Shown here piece by piece: positions 29,270 through 39,122 of a stretch of DNA of 64,000 nt. The first letter of the stretch is position 1; the number at the start of each line of letters is the position of its first letter. Position numbers and translations under genes: made by a program. The stretch covers positions 5,679-69,678 of the forward strand of contig JAKSMS010000002.1 in assembly GCA_024400415.1 (NCBI GenBank), given 5' to 3'. Below the pieces are notes generated by a model. It saw only the letters and a program-made list of their open reading frames with translations, made no database searches and was not told the origin of the DNA. This stretch comes from Bacteroidales bacterium. Lineage in GTDB: Bacteria; Bacteroidota; Bacteroidia; Bacteroidales; P3.

Positions 29270-30031
29270 TTAGTAGCTGTAATATTTTCCGAATAGATTG
29301 GTGTGGTAGCTGATGCCGAAGCTGGGATACTGGAAGTCCTTGATGCTGGCTTGGAGGAAGAGATGTCGCCATAGGAGGATGTCCATACCCACAAGCAGGT
29401 CGTTGCCAGTATATTCCACGATAGCGCGTGCTTTGGGCCAAAAGGCAGGTCGATAGGTGACTCCTCCAACAAGGCCGTTCCACTTGCTGTTGTAGTGACG
29501 AGAGAAGTGGCGGTAGGACATAGTAAGTTCGAACTGGTGGCCAGAAAAGAAGAAGTGCTTTGAGGCAGCCACATAGTAGTTGCGGAAATAGAGCTGCACG
29601 TCGGAGCGTGTGGCCGACTCGTCGATAGTGGTGCCAACATCGTTCCATCCGAGAGCGATAGCGGGCATGTATTCGCCTTCGCGGAAGGGTCGAATCTTGA
29701 GGGACAGGTATCGGTCTTTTCGCCCATAACCTCCGAAGTCGCCGGAACCTTTGGTCTTGCGTTCGGTACAGGTAAATGCCATCTCGATCCACGAGAAAGG
29801 GGTGATGTCGACATAATAGTCGATGGAGTGGTATTTTGCGCCTTCGTAAAGGAATCCAGTGTCGGGCATCATGTTCTTGTTGATGAAGTGGGCTCCGATG
29901 CGGGCGTCGCCTTCATCATGCATCTCTGCAGAAGGGATGTGCAGCATGCCGGACATGCCGGTATATTGTTGTGCACGAGATGCAAATGCACAAAGGGCGC
30001 ACAGGGCAAAGAGGAAGAATATTCGTTTCAT
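29270..30031 (-). CDS. YjbH-domain-like outer-membrane protein
   Basis: Signal peptide, then TGMSGMLHIPSAEM, the N-terminal signature I associate with YjbH/GfcD-type proteins. 253 aa. Confidence 0.6.
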   Translation of the reverse strand: MKRIFFLFALCALCAFASRAQQYTGMSGMLHIPSAEMHDEGDARIGAHFINKNMMPDTGFLYEGAKYHSIDYYVDITPFSWIEMAFTCTERKTKGSGDFGGYGRKDRYLSLKIRPFREGEYMPAIALGWNDVGTTIDESATRSDVQLYFRNYYVAASKHFFFSGHQFELTMSYRHFSRHYNSKWNGLVGGVTYRPAFWPKARAIVEYTGNDLLVGMDILLWRHLFLQASIKDFQYPSFGISYHTNLFGKYYSY

Positions 30032-30963
30032 TCCGAGACCTCCTTTCTTAGGGTGGTGAAGTCGGCCTCCATATTGTGGCTGCCCCAGCGTAGGATTGGT
30101 CGTGTGAACCAGCCTTCGCGCTCGTTTTCCTCGGGATCGGTGGGGTACATCCTAACAGAGTGCTGATGGTACTTGATGATGCTTGTGAATCGGAAATTAG
30201 ATGCTGGTCGGATTCTGACCATGCGAGTGCTGCGATGGTAGGGCGGCACCATGATGGCGGCCTTAAATCCGGCATCGAGTCCGTCGGCGGAACTAAGCTT
30301 TCCGAAAAGAGATACTGTGGTATGCTTGAAGTGGCGCATGCCTTCGCAAAGGATACCGAAATCACCATAGACGAATCGGCCAATGATGCCACGCAGTTGA
30401 ACGTTGTATTCAGGGAAATAGAGGTCGCCTCCGAAGGTCCAAGTGAAACGGTCCATGGGACTCATCTCCCATCCGGTAGCCATAGAAACATATCCGGTAT
30501 AGCCCAGCTGGGACTCTACTGCAACCCATTCGGAGAGTGGTGCAAAGAGTTTTGCATCAACTCCGTAGCGGCTCATGCCGAACCATCCAGCGCTGGCTTT
30601 TGCGCAGATAATGTCGGCCAGCCAGAACTCCTTGCTAAGCACTGCCATATTAAGTCGGGGGCGTTCGTAGTAGTTGCCGTATTGGTTGATGATGGGCACT
30701 ATGGCTTGTCCGGAGAGCATCCAGTTGTGTCCAAAATCGTATTTGAATCCAGGAGTGAGGTTGAGCAGCACGTCCCATTGTCGGACGTAGTTGATATCAC
30801 GATAATTAAAGTCTACGCCAACAAAGAAATCGAGGTGGCGGTTTGTGTCTTGAGCCTGTAGGCATGAAGATGATGGGGACTTAAGCAGGAACAGTATCGC
30901 CAGTATCAGTGTGGTAAGATGCATGCCTGTATGGCGGAAGTATGTGTGAGAGTATTGTCTCAT
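30028..30963 (-). CDS. YjbH-like outer-membrane beta-barrel protein (second paralogue)
   Basis: Hydrophobic signal region (alternative start MHLTTLILAILFLL at 30924) and a beta-rich sequence. 4-nt overlap with the downstream gene. Confidence 0.55.
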   Translation of the reverse strand: MRQYSHTYFRHTGMHLTTLILAILFLLKSPSSSCLQAQDTNRHLDFFVGVDFNYRDINYVRQWDVLLNLTPGFKYDFGHNWMLSGQAIVPIINQYGNYYERPRLNMAVLSKEFWLADIICAKASAGWFGMSRYGVDAKLFAPLSEWVAVESQLGYTGYVSMATGWEMSPMDRFTWTFGGDLYFPEYNVQLRGIIGRFVYGDFGILCEGMRHFKHTTVSLFGKLSSADGLDAGFKAAIMVPPYHRSTRMVRIRPASNFRFTSIIKYHQHSVRMYPTDPEENEREGWFTRPILRWGSHNMEADFTTLRKEVSE

Positions 30964-31006
30964 TTTTGTAGTGGTTGATGTTGTGGAGGCTCACTGAATT
31001 GTGCTG

Positions 31007-31014
31007 CAAAGGTA
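31007..31014 (-). promoter_or_regulatory. Bacteroidetes -7 promoter box TACCTTTG (minus strand)
   Basis: TAnnTTTG match 44 nt upstream of the ATG at 30963. Confidence 0.45.
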
Positions 31015-31039
31015 CGAAAAAAAATGATACAAAAAAGTT

Positions 31040-31052
31040 ATTTAACATTTCG
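31040..31052 (-). promoter_or_regulatory. CGAAATGTTAAAT motif, copy 3 (minus strand)
   Basis: The exact 13-mer read on the minus strand, 26 nt upstream of the -7 box of the YjbH-like operon. Confidence 0.4.
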
Positions 31053-31065
31053 ACTTCAAAATGCT

Positions 31066-31073
31066 TACGTTTG
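31066..31073 (+). promoter_or_regulatory. Bacteroidetes -7 promoter box TACGTTTG
   Basis: TAnnTTTG match 34 nt upstream of the ATG at 31107. Confidence 0.45.
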
Positions 31074-31106
31074 TGAGATATACTATTTCGAATCGTTTTG
31101 CGTTAT

Positions 31107-31544
31107 ATGGATATGTTAGAGTTATTAGGTGCCTGGGGTTATTGGGGTCTGTTTGTGGGCTCTTTTGCGGCTGCAACGGTGTTGCCGTTCTCGTCGGACG
31201 TGCTGTTGATTGGCTTGTTGGCTGCGGGTGGCGATCCGTTATTATGCTTCCTTTATGCCACGGCGGGAAACTGGCTTGGAGGCCTGACTTGTTATGGCCT
31301 TGGTTGGCTAGGCAAGACTGAATGGCTAGAACGTTGGTTTCGTGTTAAGCCAGAAACAGTGACCAAGCAGAAACGCCATGTGGATAAATGGGGGCCCTTG
31401 TTGGCTTTGATGGCGTGGGTGCCTTTTGTTGGAGACGTTTTTGCTATAGGGCTGGGATTCTATAAGGCTTCGCTATGGAAGAGTGCTTTCTGGATGCTGA
31501 TAGGCAAGGCCCTTAGATATTTATTGTGGATATTGCTATTCTGA
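31107..31544 (+). CDS. YqaA-family (DedA/SNARE-associated) membrane protein
   Basis: SFAAATVLPFSSDVLL, ATAGNWLGGLTCYGLG, WVPFVGDVFAIGLG and GKALRYLLW line up with E. coli YqaA. The track start at 31098 is a TTG. Confidence 0.8.
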   Translation: MDMLELLGAWGYWGLFVGSFAAATVLPFSSDVLLIGLLAAGGDPLLCFLYATAGNWLGGLTCYGLGWLGKTEWLERWFRVKPETVTKQKRHVDKWGPLLALMAWVPFVGDVFAIGLGFYKASLWKSAFWMLIGKALRYLLWILLF

Positions 31545-31549
31545 AGCGA

Positions 31550-32047
31550 TTATTCTGTGACGAGATCTGCCACAGTGGCTTGTATTACACGGATTACTTC
31601 GGAGGGATTCACTTTGAGTTGTAGGCCTCTTTGTCCGGCACTGATGTAGATGAAAGGGAATTCATTGCTGGTCTCATGGATAAAGACGGGATAAGGCTTT
31701 TTCATGCCGATAGGGGTGCATCCTCCGCGAATATAGCCTGTTAGAGGGAGAAGTTCCTTCATGTGGATCATTTCGCAACTCTTGTTGCCGCTGATGCGTG
31801 CGGCTTTTTTAAGGTCGACTTCGTCGCACCCAGGTATGACGCACACGAAGATACCTGTTTTGTTTCCACGTAGAACGAGGGTTTTGAAGACTTGGCGGAT
31901 GTCTTCGTTAAGTTGTTCAGCAATATGTGCCGCACCCAGGTCGTTCTCGTCTACTTGGTAAGGAATAAGTTGGTAATCCACCTTGTTGCGGTCAAGGATG
32001 CGAGCGGCATTGGTTTTGGTGATCTTATCCATTGATGATTTCGTCAA
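31550..32047 (-). CDS. ybaK: Cys-tRNA(Pro)/Cys-tRNA(Cys) deacylase YbaK
   Basis: TNAARILD...FKTLV...GYIRGGCTPIG pattern. 165 aa. Confidence 0.85.
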   Translation of the reverse strand: MTKSSMDKITKTNAARILDRNKVDYQLIPYQVDENDLGAAHIAEQLNEDIRQVFKTLVLRGNKTGIFVCVIPGCDEVDLKKAARISGNKSCEMIHMKELLPLTGYIRGGCTPIGMKKPYPVFIHETSNEFPFIYISAGQRGLQLKVNPSEVIRVIQATVADLVTE

Positions 32048-33914
32048 GTTCTAGCCAGCGCAGCTCTTTCTCGTCGAGGTCTGCTATTATCTCTCCAATT
32101 CGGTTTGAGGCTTGGGTGAGTTTGTCGAGGTCGCTTTCGCCACCATTGAGTATGGCTTCCAGTTTGGCTTTTTCTTGCGAGAGTTGGTCTATCTCGCTGG
32201 ATAGCTGTTCGTACTCTTGTTTCTGCTTAAAGGTGGCTTTGGGTTTGTCACTCTTGGTCTTTTCGTATTTGGGTTTCTCGTCACGTCGCTGTTTGTTCTC
32301 TACTTTCGTCGCCAGGGTCTTCTGCTGACGGTATTCTGTATAGTTGCTGTGATAGTCGCGAATGCGTCCGTTGCCTTCGAATACGAAAAGGTGGTCAACG
32401 AGGTTGTCCATAAAGGAGCGGTCGTGGCTCACGATAATAAGGCAGCCTTTGTAGTTGGCTAGGAAAGATTCGAGTATTTCGAGAGTGTAGATGTCGAGGT
32501 CGTTGGTGGGCTCGTCGAGTATGAGGAAGTTAGGATTGGCCATCAATACTTTCAGAAGGTATAGCCTGCGTCGTTCGCCGCCGCTCAGATTGCCAAAATA
32601 GTTGTATTGTGTGGTGCCATCGAATCCGAAATAAGTGAGGAACTGATGGGCAGACATCTCTTTGCCGCCTTCGAGCTGGATGACGTCGGCCACCTCCTTG
32701 ATGATCTCGATGACGCGCATATCGTCTTTGGCCTTAAGTCCATTCTGGGTGTAGAATCCAAACTGGATCGTCTGCCCCACGATAATCTTTCCGCTGTCGG
32801 GTCGCAGCTGCTCGGTAATCATATTTAGGAAGGTGGATTTGCCCACGCCGTTAGGACCTACGATTCCGATTTTCTCTCCTTTCTTGAAGGTGTAGCTGAA
32901 GTCGTCAACCATTTTTCGGCCGTCGTAGCTTTTCGTGACGTTGTACATTTCGAGAATCTTGCCTCCTATGCGTTCAGTCTTGACGGATAGTTCAGGTCGG
33001 GCATCGTCAAATCGCGTATGCGCCTTCTCCTCAAGTTCGTAGAATGCGTCTATTCTTGCTCGGGCTTTTGTGCCGCGGGCTTGCGGCATTCGTCGCATCC
33101 AGTCTAGTTCTGTGCGGTAGAGGCTTTTGGCTTTCTCAACTTCCACCCGTTCGTTGTATTCTCGTTCGGCTTTCTTGCGGAGGTAGTAGTCGTAGTTGCC
33201 CTTATAGTGGTACAGCTGGCTGTTGTCTATTTCGATGATGTCTTGGCACACGTGGTCAAGGAAGTATCGGTCGTGGGTGACCATGAGAATGCTGAGCTTC
33301 TGCTTCGAAAGGAATTCCTCGAGCCACTCGATCATCTCAATGTCGAGGTGGTTGGTGGGCTCGTCGAGGATAAGGAAGTTGCAGTCGTCAATCAGGGTTC
33401 GGGCCAAAGCAACCTTCTTCTGCTCTCCGCCGCTCATGACCGAAATGGGTTTGTCGAGATCGGTGATTTTGAGTCGGCTGAGCACCTCTTTTACTTGGTT
33501 GTCGTAGTCCCAAGCGTTAAGGGAGTCCATCTGGTTGATGCATTCTTGCATTTCGTGTTCGGCAGCAGGGGAGGGGTTGAGCTGCATTTGCAGCATGGCC
33601 TCTTCGTAGCGGCGTATCAGGCGTACGAATATATTCTCGCTAGCAAGCACAAAATCTCGCACCGTCTGGTCGGTATGTATTTCAGGGTTCTGGGGCAGGT
33701 ATGCCATTCGAATATCGTTGCGGAAGGTGAACTGTCCTGAATCTTGTAGCACCTTGCCGGTGAGGATGTTGAGAAGCGACGATTTGCCATAACCGTTGCG
33801 CGCAATCAAGGCTGTTTTTTGTCCGGCATTGATTCCGAAGCTGATGTCCTCAAAGAGGATCTTGTCGCCATAGGCTTTGGTGAGGTGTTCGACGGTGAGT
33901 AGTGCGTCCGACAT
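32025..33914 (-). CDS. ABC-F family ATPase (Uup-like) with C-terminal coiled coil
   Basis: Two ABC cassettes (GRNGYGKSS, GPNGVGKST; LSGGEQKK, LSGGERRR), no TM domains, Lys/Glu-rich tail. Confidence 0.9.
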   Translation of the reverse strand: MSDALLTVEHLTKAYGDKILFEDISFGINAGQKTALIARNGYGKSSLLNILTGKVLQDSGQFTFRNDIRMAYLPQNPEIHTDQTVRDFVLASENIFVRLIRRYEEAMLQMQLNPSPAAEHEMQECINQMDSLNAWDYDNQVKEVLSRLKITDLDKPISVMSGGEQKKVALARTLIDDCNFLILDEPTNHLDIEMIEWLEEFLSKQKLSILMVTHDRYFLDHVCQDIIEIDNSQLYHYKGNYDYYLRKKAEREYNERVEVEKAKSLYRTELDWMRRMPQARGTKARARIDAFYELEEKAHTRFDDARPELSVKTERIGGKILEMYNVTKSYDGRKMVDDFSYTFKKGEKIGIVGPNGVGKSTFLNMITEQLRPDSGKIIVGQTIQFGFYTQNGLKAKDDMRVIEIIKEVADVIQLEGGKEMSAHQFLTYFGFDGTTQYNYFGNLSGGERRRLYLLKVLMANPNFLILDEPTNDLDIYTLEILESFLANYKGCLIIVSHDRSFMDNLVDHLFVFEGNGRIRDYHSNYTEYRQQKTLATKVENKQRRDEKPKYEKTKSDKPKATFKQKQEYEQLSSEIDQLSQEKAKLEAILNGGESDLDKLTQASNRIGEIIADLDEKELRWLELDEIING

Positions 33915-33961
33915 GTATTAGATGGATATGTATTATTACTGTTTTCTCAATAGGTTAGTCA

Positions 33962-35218
33962 TCAATAGCCATATTTGCCCTTCCATTTTTCGTGCAGTTG
34001 GCGTTTGGTTTCCTGTTCGCGAGGGTTGTTTCCTGGCTGATAGAGGCAGGTGCCCTTGATGGCGTCTGGCAGGTATTCTTGACCGGAGAAGTTGCCCGGA
34101 TAGTCGTGAGGATATTGATATCCTTCGTGGTATCCCAGTTCTTTCATTAGCTTAGTTGGTGCATTGCGAATGGCCATCGGGACAGGTAAGTCTCCAGTCT
34201 GCTTGATCAGCATTTGTGCGGCGTGTAGCGCATTATAGGTTGTGTTGCTCTTGGGCGATGATGCCAGGTATACAGCCGTCTGCGCAAGGATGATTTTGCA
34301 TTCGGGGTAGCCTATCTTGGTGACAGCGTCGAAGCAGGCGTTGGCCAGCAATAGGGCGTTGGGGTTGGCGTTAGTGATATCCTCGCTGGCAAATATCAGC
34401 ATGCGGCGGGCAATGAATACGGGGTCTTCGCCCCCCTCCATCATGCGCGTCATGTAGTAGATGGCTGCGTTGGGGTCGCTGCCGCGCATGGATTTGATGA
34501 AGGCTGAAATCAGGTCATAGTGCATGTCGCCCTGTTTGTCGTAGATGGCCAGATTGTTCTGTATGACTTCTGTGGCCGTTTTGTTGGTCACGATCACTTC
34601 GGGCGTTGCGGTGCTGTTTACTACCAGTTCTAGGGCATTGAGCAGTTTTCGAGCATCGCCGCCGCTGATGCGCATCAAGGCTTCGGTCTCTTGCAGGGTA
34701 ATCTTTCTGTCGATAGTGGCGTAGTAGTCTACGGCCGACGCGAGCAACTGGTTCATCTCTTCGGCGCCGAACTCTTTGAGCACATATACTTGACAGCGGG
34801 AGAGGAGTGCCGAATTGACCTCAAAAGAGGGATTCTCGGTGGTGGCTCCAATAAGGGTGATGATGCCTTTCTCTACAGCTCCAAGGAGCGAGTCTTGCTG
34901 CGATTTGCTGAATCGGTGAATCTCATCTATGAAGAGAATTGCGCCAAATTGGTTGCGGGCTGTATCGATGACGTCGCGTACTTCCTTGACGCCGCTGTTG
35001 ATGGCACTCAGTGAGTGAAACGGGCGGCGCAGCGTGTGGGAGATGATGGTCGCCAAGGTGGTCTTGCCGATGCCTGGAGGCCCCCATAGGATCATCGAGG
35101 GGATGGTGCCGCTCTCTATCATAGTGCGCAAAACAGCACCTTGTCCCACAAGGTGCTGCTGTCCGATGTATTCGTCTAGCGTCTTTGGCCTGAGTATTTC
35201 TGCCAGAGGGGTATTCAT
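33962..35218 (-). CDS. rarA: replication-associated recombination protein A
   Basis: [19 protein letters not shown], Walker [22 protein letters not shown]. MgsA C-terminal domain. Confidence 0.92.
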   Translation of the reverse strand: MNTPLAEILRPKTLDEYIGQQHLVGQGAVLRTMIESGTIPSMILWGPPGIGKTTLATIISHTLRRPFHSLSAINSGVKEVRDVIDTARNQFGAILFIDEIHRFSKSQQDSLLGAVEKGIITLIGATTENPSFEVNSALLSRCQVYVLKEFGAEEMNQLLASAVDYYATIDRKITLQETEALMRISGGDARKLLNALELVVNSTATPEVIVTNKTATEVIQNNLAIYDKQGDMHYDLISAFIKSMRGSDPNAAIYYMTRMMEGGEDPVFIARRMLIFASEDITNANPNALLLANACFDAVTKIGYPECKIILAQTAVYLASSPKSNTTYNALHAAQMLIKQTGDLPVPMAIRNAPTKLMKELGYHEGYQYPHDYPGNFSGQEYLPDAIKGTCLYQPGNNPREQETKRQLHEKWKGKYGY

Positions 35219-35230
35219 GTATGAATCTTT

Positions 35231-36286
35231 TTAGATGATGAGCATGGCGTCGCCAAAGGTACCGAAACGATATTTCTCCTTGATAGCGGTTTCGTAAGCT
35301 CGCTGGAGCAGCAGTGGCCCGGCAAAGGCGCTCACCATGATGAACATCGAACTCTGTGATGGGTGGAAATTGGTCACCATCATATCTGCAATCGTGAAAT
35401 CGTAGGGAGGATAGATGAACTTGTTGGTCCATCCATCGTAAGGGCTGATCTTGCCAGGAATGGTAACGCAGCTCTCAATGGCTCGCATGGCGGTCGTTCC
35501 TACGCAGCAGATCTTGTGGCCATTAGCCTTGGCACCGTTGATCATCTCGCAAGTAGCGTCGCTGATATGCATTTCTTCTGCGTCCATGCGATGTTTCGAA
35601 AGGTCTTCTACGTCGATGGATTTGAAGTTGCCTAGGCCGCAATGGAGGGTCAGTTCTGCCCATTTCACATCTTTTATTTCCAATCGCTTGATTAACTCTC
35701 TGCTGAAGTGGAGTCCTGCTGCTGGTGCTGCCACAGCGCCCTCGTTCTTGGCATAGAGGGTCTGGTAGCGTTCTGCATCGGCGTTCTCTACTTCGCGAAG
35801 GCGTAGAATCTCGTCAGGAAGTGGGGTGTGACCCATCTTGCGGATGGTCTGTATGAAGTCGTGGTGGTCGCCGTCGAAGAGGAATCGGATCGTACGTCCG
35901 CGTGAGGTGGTGTTGTCGATAACCTCGGCCACAAGGGCATCGTTTTCGCCAAAGTAGAGCTTGTTGCCGATACGGATCTTGCGGGCTGGGTCTACTACCA
36001 CATCCCATAGGCGGGTCTCTTCGTTGAGTTCGCGAAGAAGGAATACGGTAATCTTGGCGCCGGTCTTTTCCTTCTCGCCATAGAGCATGGCAGGGAACAC
36101 CTTGGTGTTGTTTACCACCATCACGTCGTCGGTGTCTACATATTCGATCAGGTCTTTGAATAGTCTGTGCTCGATCTCTTTGGTGTCGCGGTGCACTACC
36201 ATCAGTCGGCATTCGTCGCGCTGCTTGGTTGGCTTCTCTGCGATAATGTCCTTAGGTGTGCTGTACTTAAACTCTGAAAGCTTCAT
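35231..36286 (-). CDS. queA: S-adenosylmethionine:tRNA ribosyltransferase-isomerase
   Basis: [11 protein letters not shown]...RDECRLMV..., [19 protein letters not shown]. Confidence 0.92.
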   Translation of the reverse strand: MKLSEFKYSTPKDIIAEKPTKQRDECRLMVVHRDTKEIEHRLFKDLIEYVDTDDVMVVNNTKVFPAMLYGEKEKTGAKITVFLLRELNEETRLWDVVVDPARKIRIGNKLYFGENDALVAEVIDNTTSRGRTIRFLFDGDHHDFIQTIRKMGHTPLPDEILRLREVENADAERYQTLYAKNEGAVAAPAAGLHFSRELIKRLEIKDVKWAELTLHCGLGNFKSIDVEDLSKHRMDAEEMHISDATCEMINGAKANGHKICCVGTTAMRAIESCVTIPGKISPYDGWTNKFIYPPYDFTIADMMVTNFHPSQSSMFIMVSAFAGPLLLQRAYETAIKEKYRFGTFGDAMLII

Positions 36287-36311
36287 ATCTATATATGTAT
36301 TCTATTATATA

Positions 36312-37103
36312 TTATTCAAAAAAATTGTGTATCTCGTCAATAGTGTAGGCTTGCGAGATCTGGTAGATTCCCACTTGTTCGCGGCGTAGCGCTGAAAGGA
36401 ATGCTCCGCTGCCGAGGGCCAATCCTAGGTCGCGTGCCAGACTTCTGATGTAGGTTCCTTTTCCGCATCGAATCCTAAAGTCTATCTGGGGAAGTCCTTG
36501 TGGTATTCTTCCTTGCGGATTGTCATACAGGCGCGTGGCCCCATTAGGGGTAGGTGCGGCTGTTTCGGGCAGCGTTACTTTTGCTCCTGGAGTGATTCTT
36601 ATGTCGGTAATCTCGAATTCGTGGATGGTTACCGTTTTGGGCTGGATAGTTACCGTCGGGTCATCTGTTCGGGCATATTCATAAGCCCGTTGTCCGTCTA
36701 TCTTCACGGCGCTAAACATAGGAGGCACTTGCTGTATGTCGCCCAAAAATTGGTCACGGGTCTTCATAATCAATTCAGGCGTGATATGTTCGAAAGGGTA
36801 GAGGTGGTCCACCTCTCGTTCCAGGTCGTAGCAGGGAGTTGTGGCTCCAAGAACCATGGTGCCGGTATAGACCTTCTCTCCATCCTGTAGTTGGGGGATG
36901 GTCTTGGTGGCTTTGCCTATGCATACCAGTAGTAGTCCTGTCGCCAGTGGGTCTAGGGTTCCAGCGTGGCCGATCTTGAATTTCTTCAGATCATAGGTGT
37001 GGCGTATGTAGGCCTTCACCTTGTTCACGGCTTGGAACGAGGTCCACTGGTAGGGCTTGTCTAGGCAGATCACCTGTCCGGCCTGTAGTTCTTCTAACGT
37101 CAT
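36312..37103 (-). CDS. truB: tRNA pseudouridine(55) synthase
   Basis: [25 protein letters not shown] (catalytic Asp), [16 protein letters not shown]. The start MTLEEL overlaps the uppP stop (ATGA). Confidence 0.9.
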   Translation of the reverse strand: MTLEELQAGQVICLDKPYQWTSFQAVNKVKAYIRHTYDLKKFKIGHAGTLDPLATGLLLVCIGKATKTIPQLQDGEKVYTGTMVLGATTPCYDLEREVDHLYPFEHITPELIMKTRDQFLGDIQQVPPMFSAVKIDGQRAYEYARTDDPTVTIQPKTVTIHEFEITDIRITPGAKVTLPETAAPTPNGATRLYDNPQGRIPQGLPQIDFRIRCGKGTYIRSLARDLGLALGSGAFLSALRREQVGIYQISQAYTIDEIHNFFE

Positions 37104-37915
37104 GCTGCTACAGGAAGGAAGTTGAATACGATAGCTGCGATGCCGATCACGGTGCAGTAGGCAGCGAACCAGATGAGTTTGCCCTTCTTCACGATGTTGA
37201 TCATCCACTTGCAAGCCAGGCAGCCCACGATGAATGCGGAGAGGAATCCGATAATGAGGCTGCTCATAGGGATGCCGGCCATGGCGGTGTCAAATCCCAT
37301 CTCGGCGATGTCCTTCACGTCGAGCAGTGCCATGCCCAGTATTGGAGGAATCACCATTAGGAATGAGAACTGTGCCAGGTTTTCCTTCTTGTTGCCCAGC
37401 AGCAGTCCGGTGGCAATGGTGCTGCCCGAGCGGCTGAGGCCTGGCAGGCAGGCTATTGCCTGGGCTATACCGATGATGAAAGCATGCATTGGGGAGATGT
37501 GGTCGCGCTGACGTGGCTTAGCATAGTATGCAAAGGCCAGCAATGCGGCGGTGCAGAGCAGGCAGATGCCCACCACGAGGAGTCCGTTGAAGGCTGCTTC
37601 GATGGTGTCTTTGATGGTCAGGCCCACGATGCCCACAGGTATCATCGATACCAGGATATTCACCACATATTTGGTGCCCTCGTTCCATTTCCACTGAAAG
37701 AGGTCCTTGAATAGCCAGATGATTTCTCTCCAGAGGATGACTATCGTGCTGAGCACGGTGGCTACATGGAGTACTACCGTGAAGGTGAGCACGCTCTCTT
37801 CGCTTGGCAGGTCAAAGAAGTTGCCCAAGATGGCAAGGTGTCCGCTGCTGCTTACTGGCAGGTATTCTGTAAGGCCCTGTACCAGGCCCATGATCAATGC
37901 TTGTAACCAATCCAT
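37100..37915 (-). CDS. uppP: undecaprenyl-diphosphate phosphatase
   Basis: [14 protein letters not shown] and [10 protein letters not shown] BacA motifs. 8 TM segments. Confidence 0.92.
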   Translation of the reverse strand: MDWLQALIMGLVQGLTEYLPVSSSGHLAILGNFFDLPSEESVLTFTVVLHVATVLSTIVILWREIIWLFKDLFQWKWNEGTKYVVNILVSMIPVGIVGLTIKDTIEAAFNGLLVVGICLLCTAALLAFAYYAKPRQRDHISPMHAFIIGIAQAIACLPGLSRSGSTIATGLLLGNKKENLAQFSFLMVIPPILGMALLDVKDIAEMGFDTAMAGIPMSSLIIGFLSAFIVGCLACKWMINIVKKGKLIWFAAYCTVIGIAAIVFNFLPVAA

Positions 37916-37927
37916 TGTTGCTGTGTG

Positions 37928-38197
37928 TTATTGTTTTTTAGAAGGTGATTTGAACATGATGGCCAGCACCTCAACGAGGAATCCGGCACAGATCATTACC
38001 GGAGCCACAAACATTCTTCGGCTGTCGAACATGTCGTTATTGAACACGTTGGGGTCGTCGCTACCGCCGCCGGTCAGCATGATGTATCCAATAAAGAGGA
38101 TGATGATGCCTGCCACGAGCAGTATGTAGTTCGTACGTCCGAATACGAAATCGAAACCCTTCTTTTCGGTTTCTTGTCCGTTAAGTTCTTTCTTCAT
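37928..38197 (-). CDS. DUF3098-like small membrane protein
   Basis: 89 aa with two TM segments and an FGRTNYILLVAG motif. It sits in the usual Bacteroidota position between ftsX and uppP. Confidence 0.7.
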   Translation of the reverse strand: MKKELNGQETEKKGFDFVFGRTNYILLVAGIIILFIGYIMLTGGGSDDPNVFNNDMFDSRRMFVAPVMICAGFLVEVLAIMFKSPSKKQ

Positions 38198-38229
38198 TTA
38201 TGGGTAATGTTAAAGTTCTTTCGATTGGG

Positions 38230-39099
38230 TTAATTTTCTTTCATGTGCTTGTTGAGGGCCATGATTGTGGCTATCCAGGTGATGATGATGCCTATCAGAA
38301 CGATGATTCCGGCCATGCCTGCATACCATATCATGTGGTCAACGTTCAGCAGGTCGAGCGACAGCTGGTTGTCGGCAACCAATACTGATACTGCCACTAG
38401 CAAGTCGGCCAGCACACCGCCGATAGCGCCATACAGCACGCCTCTCCAAAGGAACGGACGGCGGATAAAGTTCTTCTTGGCGCCTACCATTCGCATGGTG
38501 AGGATCGTCTCGCGCTGGGAATAGAGCGAGATGCGGATGGTGCTGCTGATAAGCATGATGCTTACCACAAGCAGCAGCACGATGAAGAAGCATAGGAAGT
38601 ATTCTGCCTTGTAGAATATGTCGTAGAGCTCGCTCACCACATTTTCCTGATAGATTACGTCGTTCACGCCGTTGGTGGACAGCATCTCCTCCTTAAACTG
38701 GTTGATGAGGCTGCTCGAGGTATCTGGTATGATCTCCGAGCGGAAGTTCACCATAAACATGTCGGGCAGGGGGTTGTATCCGCTGAATCCTATGAAGTCC
38801 TCTTCGAGGGTTTCTGAGAATATCTTGGCACCCTCTTCTTTTGAGATAAAGTCTACGTGGGTCACATAGTCCTTGGCTTCGATCTTCCGCTGCAGCTGCG
38901 CTATGGCCTCCTGGTCCATCTCTGGCGATACCTCTACGCTGTACGTAATCTTCTCCTGCATGTTGTAGATGGTGCGGTACGACTGGTATTCAAGCATCAT
39001 CAGCAGTCCCAAGAGGAACAGCACCAGCGTGATGCTCAGTGTGGTCGAAGTGTGGGTGGCCCACAGCTTCACTTTGCTGTGTCTTTTTACCTTCTTCAT
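38230..39099 (-). CDS. ftsX: cell division protein FtsX-like permease
   Basis: One TM segment, a periplasmic domain and a three-TM FtsX C-terminal module. 289 aa. Confidence 0.8.
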   Translation of the reverse strand: MKKVKRHSKVKLWATHTSTTLSITLVLFLLGLLMMLEYQSYRTIYNMQEKITYSVEVSPEMDQEAIAQLQRKIEAKDYVTHVDFISKEEGAKIFSETLEEDFIGFSGYNPLPDMFMVNFRSEIIPDTSSSLINQFKEEMLSTNGVNDVIYQENVVSELYDIFYKAEYFLCFFIVLLLVVSIMLISSTIRISLYSQRETILTMRMVGAKKNFIRRPFLWRGVLYGAIGGVLADLLVAVSVLVADNQLSLDLLNVDHMIWYAGMAGIIVLIGIIITWIATIMALNKHMKEN

Positions 39100-39122
39100 G
39101 GTTTGATAATCGATTGCTTAAT

